DNA of 63,784 nucleotides, the filler included, from Intoshia linei (taxonomy: Eukaryota > Animalia > Orthonectida), in assembly GCA_001642005.1 (NCBI GenBank). It is 6 parts of 6 records of this genome, joined end to end, with 100 filler letters (N's around TTAATTAATTAA, not from the genome) between each part and the next. Parts side by side here need not be neighbours in the genome. Positions count along the whole stretch, not along the records: positions 1 to 12,777 come from LWCA01001058.1; positions 12,878 to 35,934 come from LWCA01000581.1; 4 more parts are not named here. The stretch is one strand, 5' to 3'. How positions within the stretch are numbered: the stretch's first letter is position 1; each line of letters starts with the position of its first letter. Under the pieces are notes generated by a model. That model did no database searches. It saw only the letters and a list, made by a program, of their open reading frames with translations, and was not told the DNA's origin. Below, piece by piece: positions 1-13,040 of the stretch. Both the position numbers and the translations under genes were made by a program.

Positions 1-54
1 TAAAATCTTTCAGTAGAAATAGAATGCTTAGTCAGAGATTGTCTTCTTTAGCAT

Positions 55-98
55 ATCATATCAGCATATCATAGCATAGCATAGCATATAGCATATCA
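55..98. repeat. Degenerate (CATAG/CATAT)n microsatellite
   Basis: catatcatatcagcatatcatagcatagcatagcatatagcatatc. Confidence 0.7.
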
Positions 99-893
99 AT
101 GGAAAAACAAAGAATTGTGGAGATGGAAGAAGATCATACATTTAATTTTTATGATAAAGTAACAGATATTTTTTCTCTGTCTAAAGAACGAAGATTATCA
201 TTTACTTTTAAATAAACTTGTATTTTTTTATACTATATTGCTACATTTTGCTACATTTGAGCTGTTAAAAAATTTTTACGTTTTTGAAACATTAAAAAAT
301 ATATAAATAAATGTTTGAAAATTAATGAAATTTTTTAAAAACCTGTATATAAAAAATTTCTTTGGTAACATACTGTGCCTACCCAGACAATTTTTGCACA
401 CCACGTCTCTATTAGTACACAGTGTACAGTAACTATTGCTTATACACAATGTGTATAATACTAGTGTAATTTATGTTATTTGAGTCGTTGTCATGAAATT
501 TCGCAACGGTGTAATCAAGCGAACCTCAGGGGTATTTATAATCAAGTTTAATTTTGATTCATATTTCCGTCATTTATTGAAAATGTTTCTACTTTTTGAA
601 CCATTAATCGTAGATTGATTCGAAAAAAATGAGTACAATTTGTCGTCCAGTAAAAAATCAAATTAATAATTAAAAATTTTTAATATATTGAATAATCCTC
701 ACTAAAAATCTCCACTTTCCACCCGATAAGCTATATTCCTATACGCCTCTAAGATAACATTTTTATTAAATTTATTTGTTTAGCAACTTTAAAATAACTA
801 CAAAGTTGAACTTTAATATTTTTGATGAAATAGGGAAGTATCTTTAACTAAATCTAAAAATAAAACCTACCATTGACGTAACATTCAAAAAAA

Positions 894-3226
894 ATGCTAA
901 AAATAAAATGTGCATTTTTATGTCAATTTGACAATGGTTAACCTTGAAGACAAATTATACGTGATTTAATTTTAGACAAAGGACCAACTATTGTTAGTCA
1001 ATACCCAAGAAAAAGTATATCTGATGAACTATTTACAAACAATGTATTGGTATTAATGGATTCAGATTTGACATTTTCAAACATTGCAATAGGCGTGGAA
1101 AATGTTGGAACATTTGTTGGTTTCAACGTATCAATAGATAATCCAAAATACGAAAGAAACCGTTTCATTTTTAATTTCTTTTTAGTTCTAGAAGAGTACA
1201 ATACATTTAAATACGAAATAATTACTAAAGCCGAAATCATTGTAAGAAGAACATGTGAATATTTTTCTCAATTTGAGTTTAATCACAATTACTTGTCATC
1301 AGATATTCACATTTCAGATTTATATTACTATTTAAAATGTATTGTAAATGGTTTAAATGTATTTGGAGAATGTTTTGTACGCGTCGATACATATTTACAT
1401 ATTAATCTGAAATATATTACATTTCAAAGTAAACAAGTAGATAAATACCGAAAATCAGACGTGCCAATACTTTCCCCAAAATTGTATTTTGCTAGAAATG
1501 GTACGTTTAGAGATTTTGAAACAAACTGTTTTAAATTTTGTGATGAAGTTTTAAACCTTGATTCTTTATCATTTAAAATTATTAAATTAGTTGATGGACA
1601 CAATAATTTGGAAGCTATTCGAGCAAAAACCTATTATATGACGCACTCTTTTTATTTAGGTGTTAATGAACTAGTCAGGAAAAAATTTATCAAAATTTTT
1701 ACTAGAGTGGATTTTAGAAAGGTTTTTAATATCATAATGTATTTGGTATTCCCAAGAGCAAAGTTTATTAACCCATGTCAATGTTCGCCAAAGTGGGTAG
1801 TATTCGATATTCTAAAGACATTTTTAGGTAGTATAGTTTTCTGCATCTTAAAATAATAATAATATTTTTTCAAATCGTTTCGCTAAAAAAAATTTTGGTT
1901 ATTGTTTTGTGGTATTTGTGGTTCATATATGTTAGAACAGTAAAAAATTAATTTTTAATCAATTTGATACGTTTAGACTAAACTTTAGTTAGTTAAGTCA
2001 CGTATGAAAAGATAAGAAGGATACCCATATTGTGTATCTTTAATTAGCTCATTAAAATTTAACATACAATAATGTCATTTTCTAAAAAAGTTTACTTCGT
2101 TTTGTTGTATGTTTATATGTATCACTATGTTTATATAATTTTAATTTAAAAAATAGTTTTTTATTAAAATAAAATTATATTTTAAATGAATGACTTCAAA
2201 TAAACTTTATTTGTAAAGATGCAATCTACAGATGTATACAGATTGGTGACAATGATATATATTTACATTTATTTTCATAAATATGATTGTTAAGATTTGT
2301 GAGATTAAAAAATTTTTATGTGTGTTAACTAGTATAATTGTATGAGCTGTCATTTTTTTGAAAATTCTAAGACTTGTTATTTTTAAAAAAAGAATAATTG
2401 GGATTTTTGACTTTTCTGACTTATTTTCTGAAAATGACATTTGCGATAAAACCTCACCCTCGATGAATTTTATTAGAATTTGGTATTGGTAGAAACTATG
2501 CCTATTATTTTATTAAATAAATGGTAACAAACAGATATTACTTTTTTACCTAAATTACTTTATATAAGTAAGGATAATGAAAAGATAAGTCTCCACCTTT
2601 TAATGTTTAAATTAAAATAGTTGAAGTATAATTTAAAATAAATGAAATCGATTAAATGTAGAGCACGTCACCCAAAGTAAATAGTAAATTATAACTAAAT
2701 TTATATATACATATTATATAGAATTTCATATATGAGTTTTAAATTTAATATACTTCAACTATTTTAATTTAATTATTAAAAGGTGTAGACATGTGTATGT
2801 ATTTTTTTAAGTATTTTTACTGTATTGGCAAAATGCCAAATTTTAGAAAAAATACTTTTTTATGATCTTACTCTTTAATCCATTAAATAAATTACTATCT
2901 TATGTATAATATTAAATTACAATAAATTACATGTACTAATTGAAATGTGTATAATATTGTTTGTTTAGGTTCTTGTTATTAATTCCAATATTAAAACAAA
3001 ATTTTACAATCAAAAAGCCATGATTGAATTTGGTCGATATGTTTCGAAAGGTGGACTGTTTATTCCAGATATGCATACATTTTGCACAATTATATCATAC
3101 TTTGATGGAATGAATAACATTCACCAAGTTAGAAAAATGCTTACCCTAAATTATTCTTATAAATACAACATTAAAAAACTTGTGGATTATCTCAAATTTA
3201 AAAATTTGGTGACGCAGCGTTTGTAG
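894..3226 (+). CDS. NPRL2: GATOR1 complex subunit NPRL2; join(894..936,976..1721,2969..3226)
   Basis: Spliced translation MLKIKCAFLCQFDNDKGPTIVSQYPRKSISDELF...VGFNVSIDNPKYERNRFIFNF matches the NPR2 N-terminal longin region (human [22 protein letters not shown]...IEHKKYSRNALLFNL). GT-AG introns with compatible phases; intron 1 is 39 nt. Confidence 0.88.
2589..2790. mobile_element. MITE-like element with ~42-bp imperfect terminal inverted repeats, in NPRL2 intron 2
   Basis: gtctccaccttttaatgtttaaattaaaatagttgaagtata versus the reverse complement of tatacttcaactattttaatttaattattaaaaggtgtagac. Confidence 0.6.
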
Positions 3227-3570
3227 ATTCTTATATTTATTCATATTCCTACCTTGTCCTTATAAATTTTTTGTACATAAAACATTTTACTATAGTAGTT
3301 TGTATTTTGACAATAATATTAATTTCTAGTTCTCAAAGTTACATACATCATATCTTTATTACACTGTACATTAGGGTATCACATTTTAAAAAAAAGTTTA
3401 ACTTTTGATAACCTGTCAGTCAGAAAATGTGTATTTTTTTCAAAAAAATAACTTCGTTTTTTGTCAAATATTTTTTAATTATTTTATATCTGTGTAAAAA
3501 TTTATCGAGCTACGAAAACAGGAAAAAATAACAAAATGGTTTAAATTTTATTGTTTGAATATACTATACA

Positions 3571-5533
3571 CTAATTTGCATCAAACTCAATTTCTACATA
3601 TTGATCACATTCATCGCGAAGATTATCAATCAATTGGCTAATTTCAACAACCCTTTTTCTATTTCTTTCAATGTCTTGAATATTGTTAATGTTTTCGATT
3701 ATTGATATGTGATCGCTGCGTATTCGACTGTTGATGTTTTCTTCAATAGCTTCAATTATAGAAACGTGTTTTTCATGCGAACTTGCAATAGAATTAATGA
3801 GAGTATCTTTATCGAGAAATAACTAAATGATATAGGCAAATAAAATTACACAATGTATCCGGGAAAGTTTATATTATTTCACACTAGTTTTATCAATTGT
3901 CAGTGAAAGGTTTTAATTTTAAAAAGTTCACTTTTACAATAGTAAAATTAGAACGCTAATAATCGATAAATTACATTAAATGTAAGTATAATATTACATC
4001 TTTAATGTCTTTTAAAATTTCATCATCGATTTCATTTTTTACCACTTTTTCCAATGTGACAATAGCTACTTCAGACAATTTTTCATTAAAATTATTTTCC
4101 AAATCTTGCATTTGAGCAATATTTGCTGAAAATTCTTCAATGAAATTTTCAATCATGTCGGCTCGATTTGTTTCGTAAGCGTTTATCGTTTCCTAAATAA
4201 ATTATTTCATAATATAAATTCTCAATAGCACGTATCTGTCTAATATAAATATCTATATCTTAAATAACTGACAATAAGTTTTTAAGAATTCTATTAAAGT
4301 CCCCGTACAACATATATTATATTACCGACTATATACAAACAAATCACCGAAATTATCATGACTCTGGTGTAACACGTGTTTGAGTTGAATACGTTTAATA
4401 GCTCAAATTTACTGTGCATAGAAGGTTGTAATTATCTACTTATTATGTCATATCATTTAACATACAGTATACAATATTTAATATAATTATATGGATATGA
4501 AAATTACTTCAAATTGATCAACTAAATTAATTTCCAGTGTCATTAAATTTTGCCATAATTTGTCGGACATTGTATTACATTTATTTTGAAACGCTTCAAT
4601 GTCTGAAATTTCTTCAGATAGATACTTATTAAATATCTAAATGTATATATTAACACTTATGTATTGACAGTGTCAATTTGACTCGGACTTTACATAAAAA
4701 TTAAAACAAAATTAGTTGACCGCGTTGTCACGGCTCGCGACAGCAGTGTAAAATGTTTAATTTTTATATAATCTTTTGAATTTGGTTTTTCTGGAAATAA
4801 GTATTAACACGACGTATTGTAAATATGAAGCTATAAGATATGCTATATCTAACATGTAAAAAATGGTTACAGAAACAAAAATGATTATAGACTATACAAG
4901 TACTGTAATTAGTATACACATAATTCAATAATTATTGAAAACAATACTACACTAATTATAATCAGTTTAATTTTATCCCAACTTATCCTACCCTGAGAAA
5001 TATAGAGAGAAGGGCTCCACGTAATTTTTCAATATATAGAATTTAAAAAATCACATTTTTCAATATCATAACTATTGTGTACATCAAATTTAAACTGTCA
5101 TGTTCAGACCAGAGAGAAGTGGCTCGGGTATATCGCATTACGTATCGTTTGATAATTTTTTTGAAGGCTTTTTTTGGTTTTTCGAGGGAAGAATTTTTGT
5201 TCTGAATTCAACCAAAAAATAATTCGATATGTAGACAACAGTTAGAAATATATAAAAAAGATTAATTATGACTATTTATTATACTGTAGTATAAATTAAT
5301 TTAATTAGTATAATTTCGAATAGTAGTAAATGATAGTATATAAACATAAATGTATTACTTTTTTTTTAATTTCCATAGATTTTTCAATAATATTTTGACA
5401 TTCCAATTTATTATTCAGTTTAGCTTCATCAATGCAATCTATAAATACATCGTCTTCGTATTTAATTTCCCTATATTGCATCAATCCTTTATCATGTATA
5501 TTTTTACATATTTCGATATATCCAGTTTTAAAT
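3571..5533 (-). CDS. DRC3: Dynein regulatory complex subunit 3 (LRRC48), 3' half; exons ~5533..5359, 4636..4508, 4192..3998, 3822..3571
   Basis: FKTGYIEICKNIHDKGLMQ...LWQNLMTLEINLVDQFEETINAYETNRADMIENFIE...LFLDKDTLINSIASSHEKH...ERNRKRVVEI is collinear with the human DRC3 C-terminal half (LMTLEMQLVEQLEETINMFERNIVDM...LFVDKDTIVNAVGASHDIH...RNRKRVKEI). Phase-0 GT-AG introns. The LRR-coding 5' exons were not found. Confidence 0.85.
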
Positions 5534-5730
5534 TTAATGTATAAGAAAATAATGAAATATAGATATAAATATAAATAATGTAATTTAAAATCTACATCCG
5601 TGATTTTTAAACAGTTTTTATTTTCTTAATCATTAAGCGTATAAGTCAGCGTTTCTCAGTTCCCGTTGCGCCCTGTGCAAATTTTATGAGTTCTCAGCGA
5701 AAAATTAAAAACAAGATATATAGAGTATAC

Positions 5731-6137
5731 CCAAAGCCGTCTTAAGCCACTTCGTGGCCCTGGGCTAAGCAAAGGGTCGGGCCCTTTAAAATTTCGAGCA
5801 AAGCGATAAAAAAATTTAGGTCCCCTGTTTATAAGACAGAACAAACTGTTGGTTGGAGACTTAGAGTCTTATTTCATTGAGTATTAATAAAAGCATTAAA
5901 GCATTATATTTTAAATTAAATAATTATCAAAAGTTTGGTTTTTAAACTATTTTCTTTTTAGCTATTTGAATTCCCACACTTATAAACTGATGCTTAAAAT
6001 ATAAATGTAAAGTATTTTTTAATAAATTAGGGACTCTTTTTAAGATATAAATGTAAAGTACTTTTATTAATTTGGGGCCTTTTTTAATAAGAGGCCCTGG
6101 GCTACAGCTCATATTGCCCATGACTTAAAACGGTTTG
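5731..6137. mobile_element. Non-autonomous hAT-type MITE
   Basis: Termini (c)caaagccgtcttaag / cttaaaacggtttg. 7/8 target duplication gagtatac/gtgtatac. Internal repeated ggccctgggcta. Directly followed by another hAT-like end (caatggttcccaa). Confidence 0.6.
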
Positions 6138-6939
6138 GTGTATACCAATGGTTCCCAAATGGGGGACTTACCCACTAGGGGCCTACATAGTATGAGGGGC
6201 CGCCAATTTTATTCACCATAATTTAGAATTTTTGAATAAAATTCAATATTTTCCATTTTAATTTCGCCTCTTAAAATTATTTACAATAAAATAAGTAAAT
6301 ATATATGTAAAATCTCAAAGTCTATCACACCAAAACCTAGATGGACCTATATACGATTTCACGGAGGGTCAGTTACATCAGATTTTTTTGTTTTTTGTAA
6401 TGAAACCACTTTTTTTATTAAATTTTTAATTAATTTTTTAAATCATTTACTTACTTTAAATTGAATGTCTGTGGGTGTGTGAGTATGTGTTACAGTTTAT
6501 TATAAAAATTAACATCCTAGAATATAAAAAACTCAATTTTTAATACAATTATCAAAAGTGATTCAGTATCGCAAATTTTATATTGCAAAATTAAACCTAT
6601 CAGTCAAAAAATTTAACAACACATATATTATTGGACCCGTTTGAAAGTTATTAATATTGTCGTAAATATCAGCTATAAAAACTTAAATATTTATAGTCAA
6701 AATTCAAAATGACTTTTTTTATAATAATGAAAAAAGTCCTGGGATTTTCAAAAAAATCACAGCTCATACAGTTATACCCGTTAACAGTGTTAACTTAACA
6801 TTAATAATAATTAAAAATTATAATTATTCGTGAAAATACACTTTTGGGAAGTTCTGATAATGTTTACAATTTCAACAATCATCCCAGAATTTATCCTTAC
6901 TTATATAATATGTAGTAAAATATTTGTTTATAGTGTGTA

Positions 6940-8814
6940 CACTGCTAGAAAAAAGTTTAGGACATTTACAAAAAGTATTCTAAAACTTTAAAATAATCGA
7001 AATTTGCCATTTCGAAATAATATTATAATTACAAGTAATGTATTGCTCGATTTAATAACATAAAAAAATTTTTAATTAAAACCTATGCTTAATTAATCAA
7101 ATTTAACGAAAATCTCCAACAATTCTATTGGAAAAAAGTCGAGGACAATTGAGTTAAAATAGCTTAATATTAATGATAATGAAATGATTATATGTTTTAA
7201 TAATGGGTACAACATCCGTTTTTTTCAATAACTTCAAAAATTCGATTTAACATCAAATTAATGAGGTTATTAATTATATCTTATTTAATATTGCCTCATG
7301 CTACTATAATGGATAATTTGAGATCTTTTAATGATGAATATTGTTTATTGTGTGAGTAAATATCCCTTGAAAAAATTCCTTATAAATTTTCAATTGGATT
7401 GAGGTCAGGGCTACAAGCAGGCCATTTTAATAAATGTATTCCTTTTTTTGATAACCAGTCTTTTGTATATTTAGATACATGTACTGATGCATTGTCTTGT
7501 TGGAACACATCAAAATAATCCCTGCAATTTAATAAATAGTCTTGTAACACTTTTGTGTATTTTACAGAATTCATTCTCCCTTCTATAAAGCATATCTCTG
7601 ATCTGCTATTTTTACCACATGCAGCTCATACCATTACACCGCCACCTTTACATGAAGGTAAACGATGGATGGTAAACGTACACGACAATGGAGGTAAATT
7701 TTTGTCTCGCCAATAATATGCTAAACCATCTGGGCCATCCAAGTTGAATCTTTTTTCAGCTGAATAAAAAATACGGCTCCAATCTGTGGCCATGTTATTT
7801 TTACCAAAAAGCAATCTCATGTTTTTGTGACCTGCAGTTAAATGTGGGGTACATTTCAATTTTTGTCGAGTCAGGTTTGAAGCACTATTAATTACGTTTA
7901 GAATAGTGCGAGGTGAGCAGAAAAGGTTCAGTTCTCTACGGATGTCATCCGAAGACAAGGTGGAATTTGAAGATTTACGTCGTATTGTCTTAATTTCTCG
8001 CTCATTTAAACACATTGGACATTTCATTCTGCATTTACCAGTTGTGTCCACATGTCTTTTGAAATTATTTATGGCATGCCTACTTCTATTGATAATCCTA
8101 GCAATTTCAGACACGTTTTGATTCGCCAAAACTAATTGCGTGGTTTTTCGTTTTTCATTATCATTCAATTTTTTTTCTTTATGCATATTGTTAAAAATGA
8201 TGCAATATAAAAAAAAATAAAAAATTAAATAATTACCTGTTTAATTAAGCTTTAATTTATAATTAANTCTACGTATGTCATCCGAAGACAAGGTGGAATT
8301 TGAAGCCTTACGTCGTATTGTCCTAATTTCTCGCTCATTTAAATACATTGGACGTCCCATTCTGCATTTACCAGTCGTGTCCACACCTCTGGTGAAATTA
8401 TTTATGGCATGCCTACTTCTATTGATAATCCTAGCAATTTCAGACACGTTTTGATTCGCCAAAACTAATTGCGTGATTTTTCGTTTTTGATTATCATTCA
8501 ATTTTTTTCCTTTATGCATACTGTTCAAAATGATGCACTATAAAAGAAAAATAAAAAATTAAATAATTACCTGTTTAATTAAGCTTTAATTTATAATTAA
8601 TTAAAATTTTGGGACACTTTTTTCTAATAAAAAAATGGTAATTAAACTTTATTTAGAATTTAATTAAAATTAAATCAGTTTTAATGGTAAGTTATTATAT
8701 AATAAGATGTATAATTATTTTATATACCATTTATAATAAAACAAATATATTTAAATGATTTTAACAACTATTTAGTAATATTTTATGAATGTCCCTAACT
8801 TTTTTCTAGCAGTG
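6940..8814 (-). mobile_element. Tc1/Tc3-like (DD34E) transposon with defective transposase
   Basis: 27-bp TIRs cactgctagaaaaaagtttaggacatt / aatgtccctaacttttttctagcagtg and TA TSDs (6938-9, 8815-6). ORFs 8186..7626 and 7574..7380 give an HTH, SAEKRFNLDGPDG, GGGVMV, FQQDNA and WPACSPDLNPIENL. In-frame stops, first catalytic D changed to A, 5' part duplicated around the N at 8268. Confidence 0.95.
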
Positions 8815-9824
8815 TATGTATAATTTAATGTGTGTTTAATGAATATTGTTTATTTGAGGAGTCGTCAACCTTATTATAATTATAATTAGTTTTGGTTTAC
8901 TTTTTTCAAATGCTGCTTCAATTATTCTACAATTTTTCAAGAATAATACAGTATCGCAAATGTCATTTTCAGAAATTGAGCCCTTCATAATCAAAATCCT
9001 ATTACCCTTTTTTTTTTAAATAAAATCATCCCTAAAATTTCAAAAGCATACATTTTGCGATATTCTTTAATACTATAGTAGATACTTGTAGATACATGGA
9101 AAAATATTATATCATTTTCATAGTCGATATTAAAATTCAAATAAGTTAATGTAGTGATAACTAGAAATATCACTACTGTCTTTTCTCGATTATAAGAAGT
9201 ATTCTTATATTCGAGAGTAGTAGGAAAAATTCTTATAATGAAAAACAAGCAGACTTTTAAGCAGACGTTGAAAAATATAAAAAATACACTAAAAGTTTTT
9301 TTCTAATTAGTATAAACTTATAAATTAGACATTCTATTGTATGAAGGAAGTTATTTTTTAGAAATAAATTGATATGTTGTCTATTTTTTGTTTAAAGTTT
9401 TTTCTTTCGAATACAAGCAGAAACTGCTTATATTCAAATTTTATTCAAACTTTCTGGCAACTCTGGTCGCACTACTGTAAATAACCTTGCTAACAACAAA
9501 AACAAACAAAAATAACTAAATTATTATAGACTGTTTACTACAGTAATTCTTAGCCATGAGTAGAGTTCAGGTGACCCTTTTATAAATTTTTTAAACTTAG
9601 TGTCAAACTTTTACATTGACAATTTTTCAATTGATCAACGAAACTAAAAGTAATACAACTTTGTTAATATCATTTTTATATTAATTACAATCCTTTGCAA
9701 TTTATGTAAAATTCGACTGAAATGTGTTTATAAAGTGAAGATTTGGTTAATTATTGATACATAATTATGTCATAATTGGTATTTTTAAGTATTTATTAAA
9801 TTGGTACTGAATATATATCATCAC

Positions 9825-11560
9825 TAGGGCAAGCAAAAGTCAGAAAAGTTAAAATTTGATATGTTAAATAGTTTAACATTTCCAGCATGATGTTACCAAT
9901 ATCGTCAATATTAATTGGCTAATTAAAATTTTTTCCAAATGTTAGAATTTTTTTAAAATTAAAGTTAGATTTTGAAATATTCAATTATTTACATGTGCAA
10001 TGCACATTGTGCATTGTTTGTAAATTTTACAAATCTGAATCTTAACCAAATTTTAAACTAATAATCAGTTAATGCCTAAATTTCCAAAGTCAAGACAAGA
10101 AAAAATTAATAATATTTTAAGAATATTTTCAAATGAATTTAAAATGAAGGACAACAGTTTAATTTGTATCAAATGCAATTGTGATGTCTCATTTGAAAAA
10201 TTATATTATGTGCAGAGTCATAGGTCGTCTGTTAAACACAAATCATTAACTTTGAATGATACTACTCCAATCCGTAAATATTACAAATTAAAAAGTGATT
10301 TTACCATTGACATAGTAGAACTTTTTTCCTCGGTAAACATACCCTTATACAAGTTAAACAACAAAAACTTAAAGGAATTTTTTACCAACATGGGCAAATC
10401 GTTACCATCTGAAAACAATTGTCGTGGTAAAATCGACCAGGTATATTTGAAAAAAATTGAAAGGATAAAATCGTGTTGTAAAGATGAATTAATATTTATG
10501 ATGTTAAATGAAACGGATTTAAACGATGTTAAATATATAAATATAATTTTCGGTACTTTGAAAAATTCCAAAAATTTAATGCTGTTTGACTGTAAAATGA
10601 TTAATACAAACATGAATGGTCAAATTGTTCTATATAATGTAAACGACACTGCCAAATCTTTGCATATAAACAGGGGAAAATTTGTTTTATTCGTAACTGC
10701 ACGATAATTTTAATTTTTTTATCAATTGCAAATATATATATAATATCAATATTAGATACAATACAAGTATTACGACGCAATTGAAAAATCTCTATCCGAA
10801 TTGATTTCATGTTACCTATATTAGTCATCTAATTCATAATTGTTGTATGAAGCTGCGTCAGAAGCATCGATTTGTTTACGAACTCATAACTAGCGTAAAA
10901 TTCCCAACATTAAAAAATAAATTTATTCAGGAATTATTTTATGACATTGGTTATCCACCCAGACCAGTGATTACAAGTTGGGTACTTGGCTTGAAGCCAG
11001 TGATTACTATATGAATAAATTTGAATTGGTAAAAAAATTGTAGATGGTATATCCGAAAATGGTGTAATTATACAGCGAGCGAGGAAAGGTGTATCTATGA
11101 TTGGATTATATAATGAATTAATCGAATTAAACGGGTATACATCTATATTAGGTGTTATTGACATGGCAAAAGAGTCGTTTAATATTAATCAAGCATGATA
11201 CAATAAAAAAATACAATTTATTCCTGACCCATGTGAAATACAACTATATATAGAAAAAAGAATGATATCGAAAAAATTATGTTAGCTATGGATCAGTCCA
11301 AACCTCCTTCATTGTACATCGAATTGAGAAATGGCCCTACAACTTATAACGGTGTAGAAAGAAGTTTTAGCATGCTGAAGAAATTACTCACAAAACAAAG
11401 GAATTTTTTATCTAGTAACGTTAAAAAATATTTAATATTGTACCATAATAAATCTTAATATTTAATTTTTTAAATTATTTTTTATAGGTTAAAAAAGTTT
11501 GAATTTTATTTTGATAGGTTATATTTTGACGATTTTATAGTTTAGAAAAAGTATGCCATA
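9825..11560 (+). mobile_element. hAT-superfamily transposon (CGGBP1-like N-terminal zinc finger), frameshifted
   Basis: Perfect 8-bp TSD atcatcac (9817-9824, 11561-11568) and short imperfect TIRs tagggcaagc/gtatgccata. ORF 10072..10707 has a C-x2-C...H-x4-H finger and MLNETD. Downstream remnants resemble RWGTWL and VERSFSMLK. Confidence 0.85.
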
Positions 11561-13040
11561 ATCATCACATTGAAAATGACAATAGGTTTTTATATTTTTA
11601 TTGATTCTAGAATTTATGTGATTTTAGACAATTTTTAGGATTGGATTTTTTTTACTTTATTTTTAATATTATACACACTTTCTGTCTAATAAATTAAAAA
11701 AATGGGATAAAAATTGTTTTTAAAATTCTTTACGCAATATTAACGAACAAAAAATTAAGATGGAATAATTTACTTTAAAGTAAAAAGTAATGTGATAAGA
11801 TGGTTCCACCTGATACAAATTTAGGAACCACTCCTTTAAAGGATTGATATTAGTGAATAGTAAGATTTTCAACGTAAATTTATTTTTTTGGTATGATAAA
11901 AATGTGCCGTCAGCAGAGCTAGATGCTGTTTGTACGCTTTACTATACAAACAATTATATCTTATCTTAATTATTTATATTATATTTTAAAATAGTTAACG
12001 CACCCAATTTAATAGCCTCAGAGCTAAATCATGATAACATATTTTCTTATGTCAATGTGAAAAATGTGTAGTAAATTGACGCGATTATATATAAATTGAT
12101 ATGAAAAATAAATTAATACGTTTAATTAATAGTTATGATATATAAATGTTTCTTGTGTTAAACAAGGACTCACTTTTACGTCGTTAATGTTAGGATCGAT
12201 TTTGTCAGTTTTTTCTATTAATTTTTTCTAAAATGAATAAATATAATGCAAATAAAAATGTAAAACTAAATTAAATTAACATTACCTTATCACATTTAAA
12301 ACTTATGGGCTTATTGTAAACAATGTATTGAACATTATCAATGTTGAATGCATAGTAAGATGACATCAACTTCAAAATCGCTAAAAATTTAAAATAAAAT
12401 TACACTTATACACTTGGTAATTATTATCTCACTGATATATTATAAATTATAATATATGAAAGTAATAAATAATTTACTTTTCTCATCAAAATAAGACAAA
12501 TATTCAATATGAATACTTTCACCGTGTTGTGCATTCATAATTGTGTCTAAATAATTTGGAGACTGCTCGTCGAACTATTTTAATTATCAAAATTATTATC
12601 ACAAAATAGCGTCAAAGTTTTAGATTAATTTATTAGACAGAATGTGTTTAATATTCAAAAAAATTCCGAAAAAATGAATTATATAGATTTTTACCCATAT
12701 TTATTTATTAGAAATGTGTAGATGTTCACTGCACATTTTTTTTAAAATTGTAGGATCAATATTTACATTTTCAATTTNNNNNNNNNNNNNNNNNNNNNNN
12801 NNNNNNNNNNNNNNNNNNNNNTTAATTAATTAANNNNNNNNNNNNNNNNNNNNNNNNNNNNNNNNNNNNNNNNNNNNTTATTTTAATAAAATATAAATTT
12901 ATATAAATATTAAAATTCATAATACACATTTTTTCGATTTTGATAAACCAAAATTTGAGTTGAAGTTTAAAAAGTTTATTGAGCATACAACAATAATTTA
13001 TTTTTAATTGAATTGAATATCGTTATAATGTAAAAAATCC

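Noticed and set aside
7935-8600. Tandem duplication of the transposase 5' region
   Set aside because: The junction is a single N (8268); probably two haplotypes or copies merged by the assembler.
12778-12877. TTAATTAATTAA embedded in N runs (also 35935-36034, 53104-53203, 58069-58168, 61163-61262)
   Set aside because: Identical 100-nt spacer with stops in all six frames; an artificial contig linker. Synteny across these gaps is not reliable.
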